Program-made: the position numbers and the translations under genes | Shown here: piece by piece, positions 25,551-41,282 of the stretch | Layout: each line of letters opens with the position of its first letter | Position numbering within the stretch: position 1 is the first letter of the stretch | The notes under the pieces: generated by a model | The model's database searches: none | Seen by the model: the letters and a program-made list of their open reading frames with translations, nothing else | Told to the model about the DNA's origin: nothing | Assembly: GCA_973851085.1 (NCBI GenBank) | Contig: OZ316776.1 | Coordinates: 11,470,001-11,534,000, forward strand | Reading direction: 5' to 3' | DNA length: 64,000 nt | From: Ptychomitrium polyphyllum | Lineage: Eukaryota

Positions 25551-27249
25551 AATGATATGATTTTAATTCCATTGACGATATTTGTAATAGAAACAATTCA
25601 CATATTAGGTATTTTTTGGAATTTTTTTCTAATCAAACGTTGTACAATAAATATAGCTTTCAGCACATTTCTCAAACTAATAAATACATTCAAAAAGATA
25701 TCATTTCCAATAAAGGTAAATTTTAGCCAACTAATTTCAACCTATGCTTTTTTCATATATTATGTTTGTACATAAGAAGATACTTTTATATTTTGAGATT
25801 GTATTGAATCCAAAATGTCAAAAGTAAAATTTTTAATTCTATATATGGTTTTCATACATAAAATTGTTTGTATTTTGATTAACATTAAAACTATTAAAAT
25901 CTCAAAGTCTACAACTTATATGGATTTTAGCATTTTTTTTTAAACCATGATATATGTATAAAGGTATCATTTATAAGAAAGATAGGCTTTCATTATTTAA
26001 ATTTATTTTTCTTACAATGTTTAAATTACAACTTTTTTATACATTTTTTTTATAAAAAAACAAATGCCATTTAGTTTCTGTAAGTTTTTTTGAATTTATA
26101 AATTGAAATATTAGCTTGGAAATTTCAAATTTAATAAAAATTATAATATCTAAATATTATATAAAGGCTTGCTAGGAGAATAAGGGGAATTTTTTTATTG
26201 TAAACATTTTTATAGTGTCTTATCAACCAATAAGAATAAAATAACACTTACAATTTTTTAAATAAGGTTATTAATCATTCCAAATTATAATAAGTTAATA
26301 TAAATACAAATATATTTTTATACATCTTCATCCAGTTGAATTATTGTTAAACGTTATACAATTTAATTTCAATATTTGCTGTAATATTTATTAATATATA
26401 GTAATCTTGTGTATAGTAGATTTTCAAGCATATCTAAGAATTTGACTATAAGAACAAAGAATACATTATTAGTGTAAATATATACTTAATATTTGTTAAT
26501 TATTTGTTATAAATTTATTAATTTCAAAAATAAATTCGGAAACTTCAATGTCCAATATTCATGTGGAAAAAACCAATCAATAAAATAATTGAAGGAAATA
26601 TATGCAAGCATATAGGCCTTTAAGCCTATAAAATAAGAACCTTATAATTACCTTAAAATATGTTACTTGACTGTGATTACTTTTTAAAATTTTAGGATTT
26701 ATACAACTTTATATAAAATAAAATGTACTACAAATCATTGCTTTTAATTAATGGTTACTAAACATGATTTAAATTTTTTTATAAATTGTCAAGTTCAAAA
26801 TAATTAATTGATCTCAAAAAATTAAATTTTACTTTCTAAATATTAGTTTTTTTGAGCATTTTAGCATGTAATATATTATAATGTTTAAATTGCCTATAAT
26901 GTAAATTTTCGGTTGTACAAAAGGAAAAAAGAAATGTTCTACAAAAAAATTGGCATGAATAAGTGTTTGTTTGTTTCACCTCTAAATCTATATCCATTGG
27001 ACATAGAATAGTGATACACAAAACTACTCCTTATTTTAAGAAATAGAAGATATATGCCACATAGATCCATTGCTAATAACTAGTAATTAAAGTTTAAATT
27101 AATTTGTCACCTAATCAAGTTGAGAATGTATGTTTTCCATGCAAAGAGTGAATACCTTATATAAGGAAGTATTTTAGTCCTATTATGTATGTAGATTCTT
27201 TGATTTAAAACTTGCAACTAAATTTACTCTTTTGTGCTCTTTTGTGCTC

Positions 27250-27290
27250 CTGTATGGTCCTGTATGGTCCTGTATGGTCTTGTACGGTCT
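27250..27290. repeat. 10-bp tandem repeat (CTGTATGGTC) x3-4
   Basis: ctgtatggtc ctgtatggtc ctgtatggtc ttgtacggtc. Confidence 0.85.
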
Positions 27291-28832
27291 TGGTGCCTTG
27301 TTTTCTGATTTTTTTGTTTTATCTATTTTTGATACCAAACAGGACCTTGAACTACAGGATGTTTCTGTCCACATTCAAGTACACTATTCAATGATGAATG
27401 ATTCCGCTCGTCCATCTACACTACGAACGATCATCCATAGTCTAGGAAAAGATCTCAGAAAATAAAATTTCTCGAGCGGGTTGAGCAGGTTCATCATGAG
27501 ATGCAACAGCAAGTCTTGTCATGCTGCGAGAATGACCCTACGTGCAACATTGCACTAGTGAGACCCATACTAAATCCTGTTCTTGGGATGCAACAAGCGC
27601 ATGCTGGAGTACAAAATGGAGACTGATGCTCTGTATCATGTCACGTCTAGATCTTTAGAATTATAATTATAGTACAAAATATGATTTTTAGTGTACAAGA
27701 AAGCAACTTCAAATTTAATTGGAATGTAACTTATTATCCAATTCTTTACAAATGCAAGCTAAAGATTGAGTTGGTGTTCACCAAAACGTCATTGCACAAC
27801 TCTCCAAAGTCATTTTTAAAGTGTTGGATAATGCATTTATTATCTTTTGCAATCAATTAGAGACAAGTTCATATTGAAGATACAATCAATGGCATTGCAT
27901 TTATGATAATTTAGCTATCACCAAATCATAGATTTATAGGTTTTTGGAGTTGTTTCTACTTCATGCACATTTGGAAGTAGACTATCATCATTATTTACAA
28001 TTTGAATAAAGTCACAAAACTTTAGTCTATAGCATATGTTCTCATGGAACCAAGCTATCTTTGCATATAATATTTAGGCATGAATCAAACTGGTTTGTAT
28101 AATTTGAATGCTCTTTAAAGGTATTGTCATATTGGTCCCAAAAGAAGGCCAAGATTTTCAACAATGAAGGTTGGTTAGATCAACATGTCATTAAATTGGT
28201 GTCATATGCTTTATTTGATAACAATAAAATTTAATGACACAAAATCATTAAAAATTTAAGAAATTTGCTAAATTTGGAATTCAAGTGTTAATGACTTTTA
28301 ATACTTCTTGAAGGGCATCTTAGGTAAAATGGAAGGTTTAAAGATTAAATAGTCCTACTAAGGATCTTGTGCTCATCTGTATTTGTTATCCTCTTTATGA
28401 TAATACCAGAAAAAGAAACAACAAGTTTGTTCCTCAATGATTTTTCAAGACAGTGATCTTGCATTTATTTCTCAGCAATGGATTCCTCCTCTTATTTCGA
28501 TTTTTTCTTTATTTAAAGCGAAAATCTCTAGTCAAATAAGCACCACCTATGTTTTCCGTTAAATTCCATTAACTCAAATATAAGCCCGTGGGTAGAGAAT
28601 GCCAGCCTTCGGCACAGTGACGGCTTTAGGTGGACCTCCCTTTCCATTGTTCACATCAGAACCAACTCAACCAAGTGACTTCGTGCACACAGCTTCATTC
28701 AGGTCATACTGATGTCACACCCGAGGGATACTCAGGCAATTCTCCCCACAAACGGACAACCACTAACTCCTCTCCAGTGTACGTTCCTACGATTCTAGAC
28801 TGTGGACCGTCGTTAGACCCCTTTACCACGGA

Positions 28833-28922
28833 CAACCCAAGTATAACCGAGTATAATCATGTACAACCCAGGTATAACACAAGTATAACCCAAGTGTAGC
28901 CCAAGCATAACCGAAGTAAAAC
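28833..28922. repeat. Degenerate ~11-bp tandem repeat (AACCCAAGTAT-like, about 7-8 units)
   Basis: Units include aacccaagtat, aaccgagtat, aacccaggtat, aacacaagtat, aacccaagtgt, agcccaagcat and aaccgaagta. Confidence 0.75.
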
Positions 28923-30591
28923 AGGGTGTCAACATGTCATCACTAGCACACACGCAGCCACCACAAAAGCATCAACTAGTCGATTCATGGAATCTTTTCC
29001 CACGAATGTGCTCGGAATATCCTCATGTTCAGGTGCCTGTTTCCATCTGGTGAAGATTCTTATGATCTTGGAAAGCAAGCCTGTCGAGGCCGGTGCTTGT
29101 GCAGAGATTCACCGTTGCAAGACACAGGCCTAGAGGAAAGAATGCCATGAACTAAACTGGAGTGGGATGTCCGGACATGAGAGCATGCGAAGTGTCGACG
29201 AGGAGTGTCTTATCCGTGCCATGGCAATGTGGCAGGCGGGGAGCGAAAGCCGAGGCACCGATCCACAAGCAGGCTATGGCCATGGCGAAAGGGCCGAAAC
29301 GTGATAGTGAAGGGAAAGACTCAGGAGCCAGAGGAGATGAATGATCACGAAGTACGACACGGTGATGATGCACAAGTGAGGGTGTGCAAGGAGTCAGCCT
29401 GCAGGCCATGTGAGCTTTCGCTGTGGAGCCTCACGTCGCCATCGTTATTGCAGTACCAGCGACCGCGGCTGCAACCTGTCGCAGTCGAAAGGACGAGAGG
29501 CTGAGAGCTCTGCTCATGAGATCGTCCTTGCAAGAAAGCTTAACGGTTAGAGACTGGGGTGATGATTCTGCGGGGATTAGGGGCGGTGTCAGGAGCTCAG
29601 GCGCTTCACAGAGTCGCAACGCAGTGGAACTGGCCTATTTCGAGCTGGAGATCGTACACGGGGTTTGCGAAGATCGGTCATCGAGTGCGGTGGAGGTCTT
29701 TCGCGTTCTGTGCTGTGCGGGCTAATTGCGGTGGGTTTCATTGTCATTGTGATGTTGGTTGTTTATTTGGATTGTGTGCTAAGTGTGGTGAGCTTGATTG
29801 GAGTTCGTGATGCTGGTGGTTGATTGGTTTGGGTTATGTGTTTAGCAATTGCGGTGGATGAGCTGAGAGTTGAGCGATGCAGAGTTTGATGGGACTTGAT
29901 TTGAATGCTCGGCGATTGGAGTTTGTTGTAGCGAATCAATTGTTTGTGTCGGTTCTTGTAATAGTTTTCGAGCTCACGTCGTCGTTCATCTAGTGTGGGT
30001 CAAGGATATTTGTTGTGTGTTTCTTGGATGAAATGAGCTGGTGTTTGCAAGGGTTTAATGGTACGGTTGATGTCGTAGGATATGGTTGCGCTCTGTACCT
30101 GCGAACTTGAATGCTGTAGAGCTTGTTCTGCGAAGAGTATAATTCTAGATTTTTTAGATTAGGTCAACGAAGCAGACTTTTACTTTGAGATTTAGAGTTT
30201 ATTTTGACGGAAAAGCATAGAACGCAAAAGCGGCATGGGTCCTAGCAAATACGTAAGGCTTGGGGGTTCAAGGATATCGTTATCTCCAATTCTGTAGGAG
30301 GTTCTTGAATCTTTGGTTGGGAGCTGAACTAGTTTAATAATGTGTATTTCATTGTCTATTGTTTACATTTCCATACAATCAGTTCGTCATGTTTTCTCAC
30401 ATGTTCATTACGTGATTACTGGCGGGATGGGTCGAGTTTTGCATTTAGACAATACAGTATCAATACTGGCGCTGATGTGGGGAGAGGTCCATCGCCAGAC
30501 TGGGGTCAAAGTACATGAGTTTCATGAATTGATTTATTCATTCTGTAAAATGAAAACTAATGAGTTTCTGATTGAACATGCAGTGTCCTCA

Positions 30592-32271
30592 ATGGCATCA
30601 GTGAAAATGAACGAGGATGTGAATTTCGTGGTGCTGCCAGATCGGAGGCGCATTGCATATAGGGAGCAGGGAGTGGGCAAGGAAATGGCCAAGAGGAACT
30701 TGCTTGTGTTGCATGGTTTAGGCTCCTCTCGCGTCGCCGGTATGCCTGGTAAGTGCATGGTATGTTATACAATTGGTAACATGCAATTGGAGATAATTTT
30801 TTATAGTGTTCTGCTTGACGCTTATCGTTTCAATAGATTTAGCCCTGCGAAGGATGTTTCAGTGCATTTGCAGAAGCTGCATGTTCCCACTGTTGTACGA
30901 TCAGTGCTGAGTGTTGTTAACATTACGATTGTCAGAGTAAGATATGATCTCGTTCCTGAGATGTTGATTCATGTGCCTGTTGCTTAAGACGAACCCGCCA
31001 GTTGACGAGTGGTCATTGCAGGCGTTTCTGAATCTTTGTTGACGGAGATGGGAGTGAGGTTCGTTTCAATTGACAGGCCTGGATATGGACTTAGCGACTT
31101 CAATCGGAAGCAAACTTTTGAATCTGCTGCCAAAGACATTGCTCACATTGCTGACGCTCTTGAGCTTGGGCAGAAGATATGGTTGCTGGGGTATTCATGT
31201 GGAGGAGCTTACTGCTGGGCGGCAGCTCGCTACATTCCTGATCGCATTGCCGGTGTCGCAATGTGGGCTCCTGTCGGGAATTACTCCTGGAAGGTACGTG
31301 TTGGCCTTAATCATGCAACCTTGCACATCAAAAACATGTGTTAGCTGGTGTATGTAACTTGAATTTCTGTGAACAAATCTAATTATGCCCTTCGCCTGAC
31401 CCCAGGGCATATCGGAGAGCGAGAGGAATAAATTGATAGGGAGTACCACTCCGAGATCAAGATCAACATACGGAATTATCCAAAAGGTGCCTAAGTGGAT
31501 GCTCTATGCGTATGTGCGCTATTTTATTGTGCCTTCGGTGGGAACCAAGTGGGTGGAAGATGCAATCAACAGGCTCGCTCCACCCGATGCGCAGAATCTG
31601 CGGGAGGTTTCAGGAGACATGATGGAGAGGTGAGCAATGTGATCTGGTTACTGGTTTCCAACCTGCGCTTCAATGCTATGTGACTATGTTTAATGCTTTA
31701 TATCTTGGTTGCACTGCAGAGATAGTATTGAGTCAGCCAAGCAGAAGGGAAAGGGCATGGTTCAAGATTTGCTCCTTATCTCCGGTGACTGGGGTTATGA
31801 GCTCTCTGATGTGCAAGATGTGTACAAAGGTTCAATACACATTTTCAACGGCGATCAAGACGTATTGGTACCCTTAGGTCTCCAACAATGTATCAAGAAA
31901 GTGGTGAGTACCTACCTGTGGGCAGTGTGCAAATCTAAATCGTTTGGCTTCAGTTGAAATTGTTATTTCGATCGTAATATTCTGAATCTCCGATTGACAC
32001 GTACATATGTTGAATGTTGAACGTGCAGCTCCCAGATCTTGTTCACCTTCATGATTTAGAAGGCGAAGGTCATATATCAGCATTTTGTTACAATGATAAG
32101 ATTCACCGAGAAACTCTAGAGTATCTTTTTGGAGTTTCTGGGACTACTGGAGAGATGGACGCAGATGAACTGGACATGGGAGGTGAAGATCAGAAGGTGA
32201 AAGGTGGGAATATCATTTCCGAAACAATCAAAGAAGGCACGTCGGCATTGAATGCACCCTATCTGCATTGA
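30592..32271 (+). CDS. Alpha/beta-hydrolase (esterase/lipase-like), paralog A (~359 aa); exons 30592-30748, 31022-31293, 31406-31629, 31720-31903, 32029-32271
   Basis: Has the VLHG oxyanion motif, SIDRPGYGLSD, nucleophile elbow GYSCG, acid NGDQD and base EGEGH. 1080 nt in frame. Confidence 0.92.
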
Positions 32272-35200
32272 AGCCGATGCATAGAATAAGCTGCGCAGAG
32301 TTACACGGCCCAACTCTAACGAATCATATTTGTAAACATCTTTCATCGAGATATTCGTAGGGCGTGCTGCTTTTCTGTATCTGTGAGCTCAGTGACATTG
32401 AACTTGAGAACATGTGAATGTATCACTCTTATTGTGATATTTGTAGCGGTGTTAGCATTATTGGCATGTTGCGATAGAATTGAAGATATTTTTGCAATGA
32501 TACAGCACAGGAATTTTGAATATAATATTTTGAAGCTTTAGGTTGCAATTTAACCTTCATCTGTACATTTTTTTTAGCATACATGTTCAACTAGGATTGG
32601 GGCACCATGACATTCATTTATATGTTATTGAGATAAAGCACTTACAGTAGATCTCCATGAGGTTCGTCTCACCAATTTACAAATAATCAATTATTTTGAG
32701 AAATCTATTTGTTAAAAAGTAACAAATATTTGTCCCACCAGAGGTCATTTGCCTTTTGATAATCATATCTCTGAAAAAACACCTTGTTTTGTTTTATATT
32801 CAAATGTTTTGAAATGGCACTTAAAAACCTGAAAATTCTTTAAATTGATATACTTCTGACGAAAGGCGTCCTATGTATACATTAATATCAGAACTGCAGA
32901 ATCTTGACTTGAACCCATTGATAGAGCTTTTCCAGTATGGAATTAGTGACAGCACCAGAGAGATGGTACACTGCAATCTATAAATATCGTGGCTGGGCAC
33001 AGGTGTGCTCCAAGTTGTTAGTTGGAGTATATGTAAAGTACAAAACTTTTTGAGCGTGAATATAAGAGTACCTGGGAACGTGAGTACATACTAGAGTTGT
33101 TTAGAAATTCATCCTATTTTGCTTCAGTAACTGAATGATTGAATGATTGTAAGATTCTTGTATAGAGAGATGTGTTCCAATCAAGTGTGTGAAATAAATT
33201 TTTGTATTGAATTACATGCTTCAATAATTAATATGAATGTGGCAGAAGGGAGTTGAGATTACAAGTACATTTGGGTGAAGAAAAGTATGTGAATTTACAT
33301 ATAATTCTAGCATGTGGGAAACATGGTCATTCATAGTTTCCTACCATAACATTCTAGAGTTGGATGATCTTGCATTATAATTACTAGCATTAAAATAGTA
33401 TTTTGTTCCTTTTCTAAATACTAAATTATATTAAATGTTGTCCTACTAGTAGTGTATATGGTTCTATATCAAAAGTGATATAAAATTTTGTGATTTAAGA
33501 ATGTTAATATTCTTTGATCGTTCAAAATACCCTAATTTTGGAAGTTCTATATTATAATTTTAAAAATGAAAATAATACTTTTCATGGTTCTAAAAATAGA
33601 GGCCACTATAACATTATTTGATTATAAATTAAAAAACTTATTTGTACTAATATTTAAGAATAACGGTTAATTAATAAAATACTAATATAAGTATCCATTT
33701 GCACAACATTCTAGATATGTAGTCAAATATGATGGTCTATAATAGACCAAATTTATTATTGTTTCTTTTATATTTTGTAATCAAATTGAAAAAGACCAAA
33801 ATAGAAACAAAATTGGCAGCAATTAGCAAAACTATGGTTTAACAAAAAATCATGAATGGCAATTTACACCATCTACATAAATTTATTACTATTCATATGT
33901 TCTACAATAATCTTATTGTGATGTTCATAAATTTTATTCCTATTTTGTAACCAAAATTTGATTAAAACTAGCAAAATGATCTTTATCAAATTTAAAGTGA
34001 ATTAACAAAATTAAGTTTATTAAATTGGAATGTACTCCATTTTGAATTTCAACTATCTTAGCAATTTACAAATTCAACATCCATTATTACAAGATTATGA
34101 TCTTTCTTAATTTTACTGATACAAATGATTTCATCCATTGTAATAATTTTCATTATATTTATGGTAAAAAATTAGAATGTTTAATAAACAATTTGTAATT
34201 GATATGAATTTTTTTAGCTATCATTTTTTAAAAACACCAACAACTCCAAAATTTTATCATATTTCATGAATGGTTTTTAATTTATAATTGATAAATGCTT
34301 TTATTTGCCAAAAATGTAGAAATTGGTATTTATAAGTATGATTATAAAATTAGAAATAAATCCATAGACACAAGTATGTGGTTTTGAGTTTAGTAAATCA
34401 TTTTGAAATTTTTATAAATAATACAAACTCAAAAGCCATGAGCATCTTTAATTTTTATTAATTTTAATTTTTTTATATAAATTATAAAAATGATTTATTT
34501 TTGGATGGTATTATGATAAGCTTTTCATATGTTCTTATATTTTAATACAATAAAACTTTGTAGATATTCATAAATAATTTTAACAAAATTAAAGTACATT
34601 TGGCATTTATAAATGTATTAAATTGTCAACATCTTGTACAATGTTATTTTTGAAACTTCAATGGATTCCATTCATGTAAAAATATCACTTAAAGAAACAA
34701 AACTATGGAATGTAATTTTGTTACTTTTGTTCTATAATACTAAAATTTCTTCTTTAAAAGATTTGAAATTAAAAATAAATGAAATAGTTTTAATAGTTTG
34801 CGTTAAAATTAGGTCCAACAATTATTAAGGCAAAAAAATGTTGTAGAAATAATACATGTAAAAGTGGCATTAGTCATTTTATAAGAAGAAAGTATTAAAA
34901 TTTTCTTTTATAATGAATTGAAATATACAAAAGAGATATATTTTGTACATGTGCCATGTAGAGTTGATTATATTTGAAAGGTACACTTTTCTTTCTTCTA
35001 TTATGTAAACATCATATTCACTATCATAATACAAAGCAATAATATTAGAACAATTTAGCTACTCCATAACCACTGTATAATATTAACATTTGAAACTATG
35101 GAATTTTTCATTATATAATAAATATGGTGTTTGTATAAAATTTCATTTATTGTATGACTATGGCCTATCATTATTAAATATCTACATACTTTGCTATATT

Positions 35201-37865
35201 TCATTTATAAAAAATTTCATAATGTACGATAAAAAAGGTAGGTTATATTATTTTATTTTTTTGACATCTATTATTATTTTATTAAACTTTGCTTTTTCTT
35301 ATAATAAAAAGAAACAAAATAAAAAAGAAAGGTTTTACCTAAATGTGTTGGATTCTTTAATATGATTTGCAATATGAAAATCATGCATTCATTGTATATT
35401 AAAATTCTATCTAAGTTTGTCAGAAAAATTGATGTCAAAATTAATATTACATTAAAAAATGCATTAATTTTTATAACAGAACAAGTGCAAATTAAGTGTC
35501 TATTCCAACTTAATCTCATATAACTCACCATACATCAAGTGCTGATATAATCAGCTTGCCAAATGATTAAATTTAAGATTTTTTTGCAACAATGCAAGGA
35601 TTTTTTTATAAGTACAGTATAATGAATGTTTGATTATTGCAAATCATATTAAAGAATAAGGTCATTTCATTGAATGTTGTATAAAAATATAATTATTTAA
35701 ATTATATTTTATATGTATTAAATGCAATAAAAAATCTTATTTAAAATTATATTAATTCATTAATTATTGTCATTATAGTAAGTCATAATTATTCCAAATT
35801 TTTTGATCATTTGAATTTTGAACAAAGTGAAAATGGGATTAATTTAGGATTTTTAGAATAATAATAGTAGCCTAGGTGAATATGGCCTACATCAATATTT
35901 TATCAATCAAAATTTTATAAATAGAATATTTAAAGTAAATATTTTGATAATAATAATTTTATAAAATTGCAAAATGATTTTTTTGTTTTATTGAAATGAT
36001 ACTACATAAAAATATTCTTATATTATATTATTATAAAATTATTCTTATATTCTTATACTATCTAAGAAAATTCTATTAGATTTATATGAATATTGGTATA
36101 AAATCTCATATTAATATTGAATCTCACAACAACGACAACAATTTGTGGAGTGATTAATAGTTGTAATTATTCTTTCTTGATATTTTCTTAAAATAAGATG
36201 GATAAAAAATATTGAAACAAAGCTATAGCATATTGTTATTGTAAAACTAAATGAAAACCGTCAAAGACATAATACAACAAACTCCTTTTAATCCTTAAAT
36301 CCTTATAGTGTTCTTATAGGTCCATTCTCTTATAAATTCTATTACTTTTTTGCCAAAATTTGAGAGAATTTAGAAGGTTCAAAATCACCTAATTCTCTTA
36401 CTTTTTTAATGTTCCTTGGAAAAGTGGATGGCATATGATGCAACCGGCCCTTGAACCAAATTCCTTTCCCTAGTGTTCTAGAGCAACCTGGGCCAATGAG
36501 GAGCTGTTCTCCTCAGTTCCACCACAATGAAATTTACTTTCGTATACAGTAAAGTTTCTTTAGAGAAAAAGCAATCTGTTTCCAGTTTGTAAAATATGGA
36601 AAGGAAATCCGGTTACAATTTTGCACCTCCGCAGCCCCAAACGGCTTCTGGAGCGTTCTCCGCTTCACGACTAAGTTTGCATTCACATATACATGAAGCT
36701 GCTGTGCAAATCCTGCAATCCTTTGTACCTCTATTGGTTACTCCATGGGTTACTGAACGTTTGTGTGAAATGAAAATTGAAAAATAAAAGTAAAAGCATC
36801 CTGCTAGAATTGGGAGGGCCTGTACTGCGAAGGAAGAGACTGCTCATGAATCCTGATGGGATGCGGCTGCCCTTGTTTCGTTGTATAAGTGACACACTAA
36901 CCAGACTTGCTGCCGACGACATTGAAATAGTGAATCACAACAGGAGAGCCTACGGAGTGTCTTGATGGATTTGATCAACCTGATCAAGGGCGTGGCAGTG
37001 TACCAATTGACTTCTCGGGAGTGCCTAGTCCAGAATGTCAGAGAACATTCGGGTAAAGACTCCGCCATTAAGGATGCGTGTACTTAGTAGTCATCATGGT
37101 TGTCCTCTTGGTGACGAAATGGCTACAGGATTACATCGGCACGACCCCGGCTCCGTCAGAAATCTGAAAGCTTGAAAGCTTTTTTGTTCCAGCAGGGCCC
37201 AGTTGCACTACGTTAGTGCCTGCCCTGCCCAGACGCTGCTGCTACTACTGCAACAGCATGCATGTCTTCTAGTTCGCGTCAGTTTGTGCACAACACCATT
37301 AAAGCAGCGCCACTGTGCAGTCAAACCTGCTGGCGTTGATCACGTGAGCCTGGCATCCAGCTCTGAAATGGATCCAATTTCGGTGAACCGGCACTCTTTT
37401 TTCTCGAGCCCAAGAATACCAGCCAACAGAAGTCGCGTGACACCAACGATCCAGACAAACCATGCAAGATGGTATATTAACTGACCAGGGGGGACTCTCC
37501 CCGTGCATCCCAACAAATCAGTTGTATTGAAAGACAGAAACAATCAGACGTCCGATCGAGCTAATGAGCAATGGCGAAATCGTCAACAGCAACGACATTG
37601 GGTACGTTAATGGTTCACCACCTTGATTCATGAGTCTGTGATTCAGCAGGGAGCTTGGGTCAGTTGGAGTCGGTTTATGGCAAGTTGTAGTTGCCTAGAT
37701 GTGGCACGGTATTAGTGAGACGTACTTGACACTGACAAGCAAGAGGACACTGATTGGAACTGCCTACCAACTGATGTGGATGTCAGTGATGTGGAAAATT
37801 TGTGCTTACGAGCTGGCTGTGGGTTTTTAGTGACGAGCGCCTTGGTTCAACATGCAGTGTCTTCC

Positions 37866-39438
37866 ATGGCTTTGCTAAACATCAACATGGACTCGGAGAA
37901 CGGTGTGCAGTTCGTGGCGCTCTCCGATGGGAGGCGCATTGCCTACCGAGAGCAAGGAATGTGTAAAGAGACCGCTAAGGAGAGTTTGCTGGTCTTGCAT
38001 GGTTTGGGCTGCTCTCGCGTAGCTGGCATGCCTGGTGAGTTGGCTAACATCAGCAGGTCTGGTCGTGGGTATTTTTCGAAAATGTGAAGTCGGAGCTGAT
38101 TGCGGACTGTGCTGGATTCTTGTGAGCAGGTGTATCTGAGTCTTTGTTGAAGGAAATGGGGGTGCGGATCGTTTCAATCGACAGGCCGGGATATGGACTC
38201 AGCGACTTCAACCCCACTCAAACTTGGGAGACGTTTTGTCACGACTTGGTGCAGGTGGCGGACACTCTGCAGCTGGGAGAGAAGATTTGGTTGCTAGGAT
38301 ACTCCTGCGGAGGGGCTTACTGCTGGGCAGCTGCCCGCTATATTCCGGAGCGCATTGCGGGTATTGCAATGTGGGCTCCTGCTGGGAATTACTACTGGAA
38401 GGTACAAGACTGACGTACATTATGTCCATTCTTGCAATGTGAGTCAGTGTAGGTTCATTGTTAGTTTGTTGAGAATTTGATGATGTTGTTGCTGTTCGGT
38501 CTGTATGGCAGGGCATATCGGAGACAGAGAGGAACAAGATGATAAGGGCTCTAAATTTTAGGACAAGATCAACATACGGAATTATCCGCAAAGTGCCAGT
38601 ACAGCTGCAGTGGATGTGCTATGCATATGTTCGCTACTTGTGTGTTCCTGCAGTGGGAAGCAGGTGGGTTGAAGATGCCAAGAATATGCTCTCTGCTCCC
38701 GACGTGCAGAATTTGCAACAGGTTTCAGGCGCTTTTATGGCAAGGTGAGCAAAGTGAAAACATATCTCCAAATTGATCAATAAATACCGGTCACCAAATT
38801 ATTGGCACTTCTAGGATCTCAATGTGCTTCAAGGTATCCGTTTTTAGTGCATTTTTGTTTGTTTGTACTGCAGAGACACTGTTGAGTCAGCAAAGCAGGG
38901 GGGCAAGGGCATGGCTCAAGATGCCATTCTAGTGTGCAGTGACTGGGGTTTTGAGCTCTCTGATGTGCAAGATGTGTATCAAGGCTCGATACATATTTTC
39001 AACGGTGATCAAGATTTAATGGTGCCTCTCGGTCTGCAACGATGCATCAAGAGAATGGTGAGCGTTCTTATTGTGCTTTTTTTTATTGAAGCAGTTGAAA
39101 TGTGGATAAGCCATTTTGATTGATATGTACACGTGGGGAATATTATCGTGCAGCTGCCAGATGTTGTTCACCTTCATGATGTCGAGGGGGAAGGCCACAT
39201 ATCAGCATTCTGTTACAATGATAAGATTCACCGAAAAACATTAGAGTGTCTTTTTGGAGCAACTGAGACACCTGGAAAGATTAACGAAAATCAACTATAC
39301 ATGAGACTTGATCAGGAAGTGAAGGGAGACAATATCGTTTCCGAAACAGTCAAAGGCGCTTCAGCTCTGAATGCACCTTACCGTATCTTTATTACTGTCT
39401 GCATATTAGCATTGTTCAAGTTAAGTATTGTAGTATGA
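37866..39438 (+). CDS. Alpha/beta-hydrolase paralog B (~380 aa); exons 37866-38034, 38130-38401, 38512-38744, 38874-39057, 39154-39438
   Basis: Same motifs and intron positions as paralog A (exons 2 and 4 are identical in length, 272 and 184 nt). 1143 nt in frame. Confidence 0.92.
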
Positions 39439-39996
39439 GTGCACTATAGTCTTATTTCCTCCAAGGAGATTCAATTTAGATGCAGTTTGAATCTGTGAGT
39501 CGCCCCATCGCGGTGACCCGATAACTTACATGAATCTGAATACAGCATTTAGGAGCTTCTGATGGCAGATCCGTGGTCATGCATATTCTCTCAAGTCAAG
39601 TCAAGCCCAGTCAAGCAGTTCTTACATGAGATGAAACATACTGGACATGAACCAACAAGTCACCAATTGTACCACTGATAAATTCTGAACTGGGCGTCAT
39701 GCAAACTTATCATGTCGCCAAGCAGTACCCAAATACTAAATCAGAGAGTTCATTCATAAACAGTTCCTATTACGTCACAGAATACTACAATGACGGCTGG
39801 AAATAAACCAACTAAAACCACTGCCTTAGAGTAATTCACCGAAACACCAGTTCCAAGGGAAGCACTGACCAGACACCCATTCATGCACTGACAGAGGTCA
39901 GTTGTAAACTGCTATAAGTTGAACACAAATCAATGCTCCTGCAAGAGGTATATTGATAAAATTATGTGCCCATGACAGCAGAAATGTAATGCTGGC

Positions 39997-40940
<944 letters not shown>

Positions 40941-41000
40941 GCTGCACACCAAAAGAAAAATCCCTCAATGTGGAATCCAGGGGATCAACACCTAACCAAG

Positions 41001-41282
41001 AAACCCTAAACTCTAATCTACTCTCCCTGCACTAAACCTAACGAAAACTTTTCAAAAAGAAGTCTAAAAAACGCTGCAGAGAGGACTCGGAACGTGTTGC
41101 GAGCAGAGTAGCTTACCTGAGAGACTTGGAGGCAGAAACCGCCCGAGACAGACACCAGCTAGAGGCCGGCCGCTTGCTGAGGGGTAATGCACTGCGACAA
41201 TCGAAGACTAAAAACTCAAAGAACCCCCTTCGCTCCGGCGTCAGGGTTTTGTGCGCGCGAGGCAGCTTTCTAGGGTTGGGCC
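41001..41282. promoter_or_regulatory. Telo-box (AAACCCTAA 41001-41009; TAGGGTT 41271-41277) and site II (TGGGCC 41277-41282) elements of the RPS20 promoter/leader
   Basis: Motifs are visible. Telo-box plus site II is the established combination in plant ribosomal-protein genes. Confidence 0.6.

Noticed and set aside
25191..25775. HT/CV/YV-repeat proteins
   Set aside because: Translations of the microsatellite.
33270..33320. USE-like TCCCACATG (minus strand) suggesting an snRNA or telomerase-RNA promoter
   Set aside because: No correctly spaced TATA and no snRNA or template sequence downstream.
36596..37543. Short ORFs upstream of hydrolase B
   Set aside because: Fragmentary and without motifs; likely promoter or degraded sequence.
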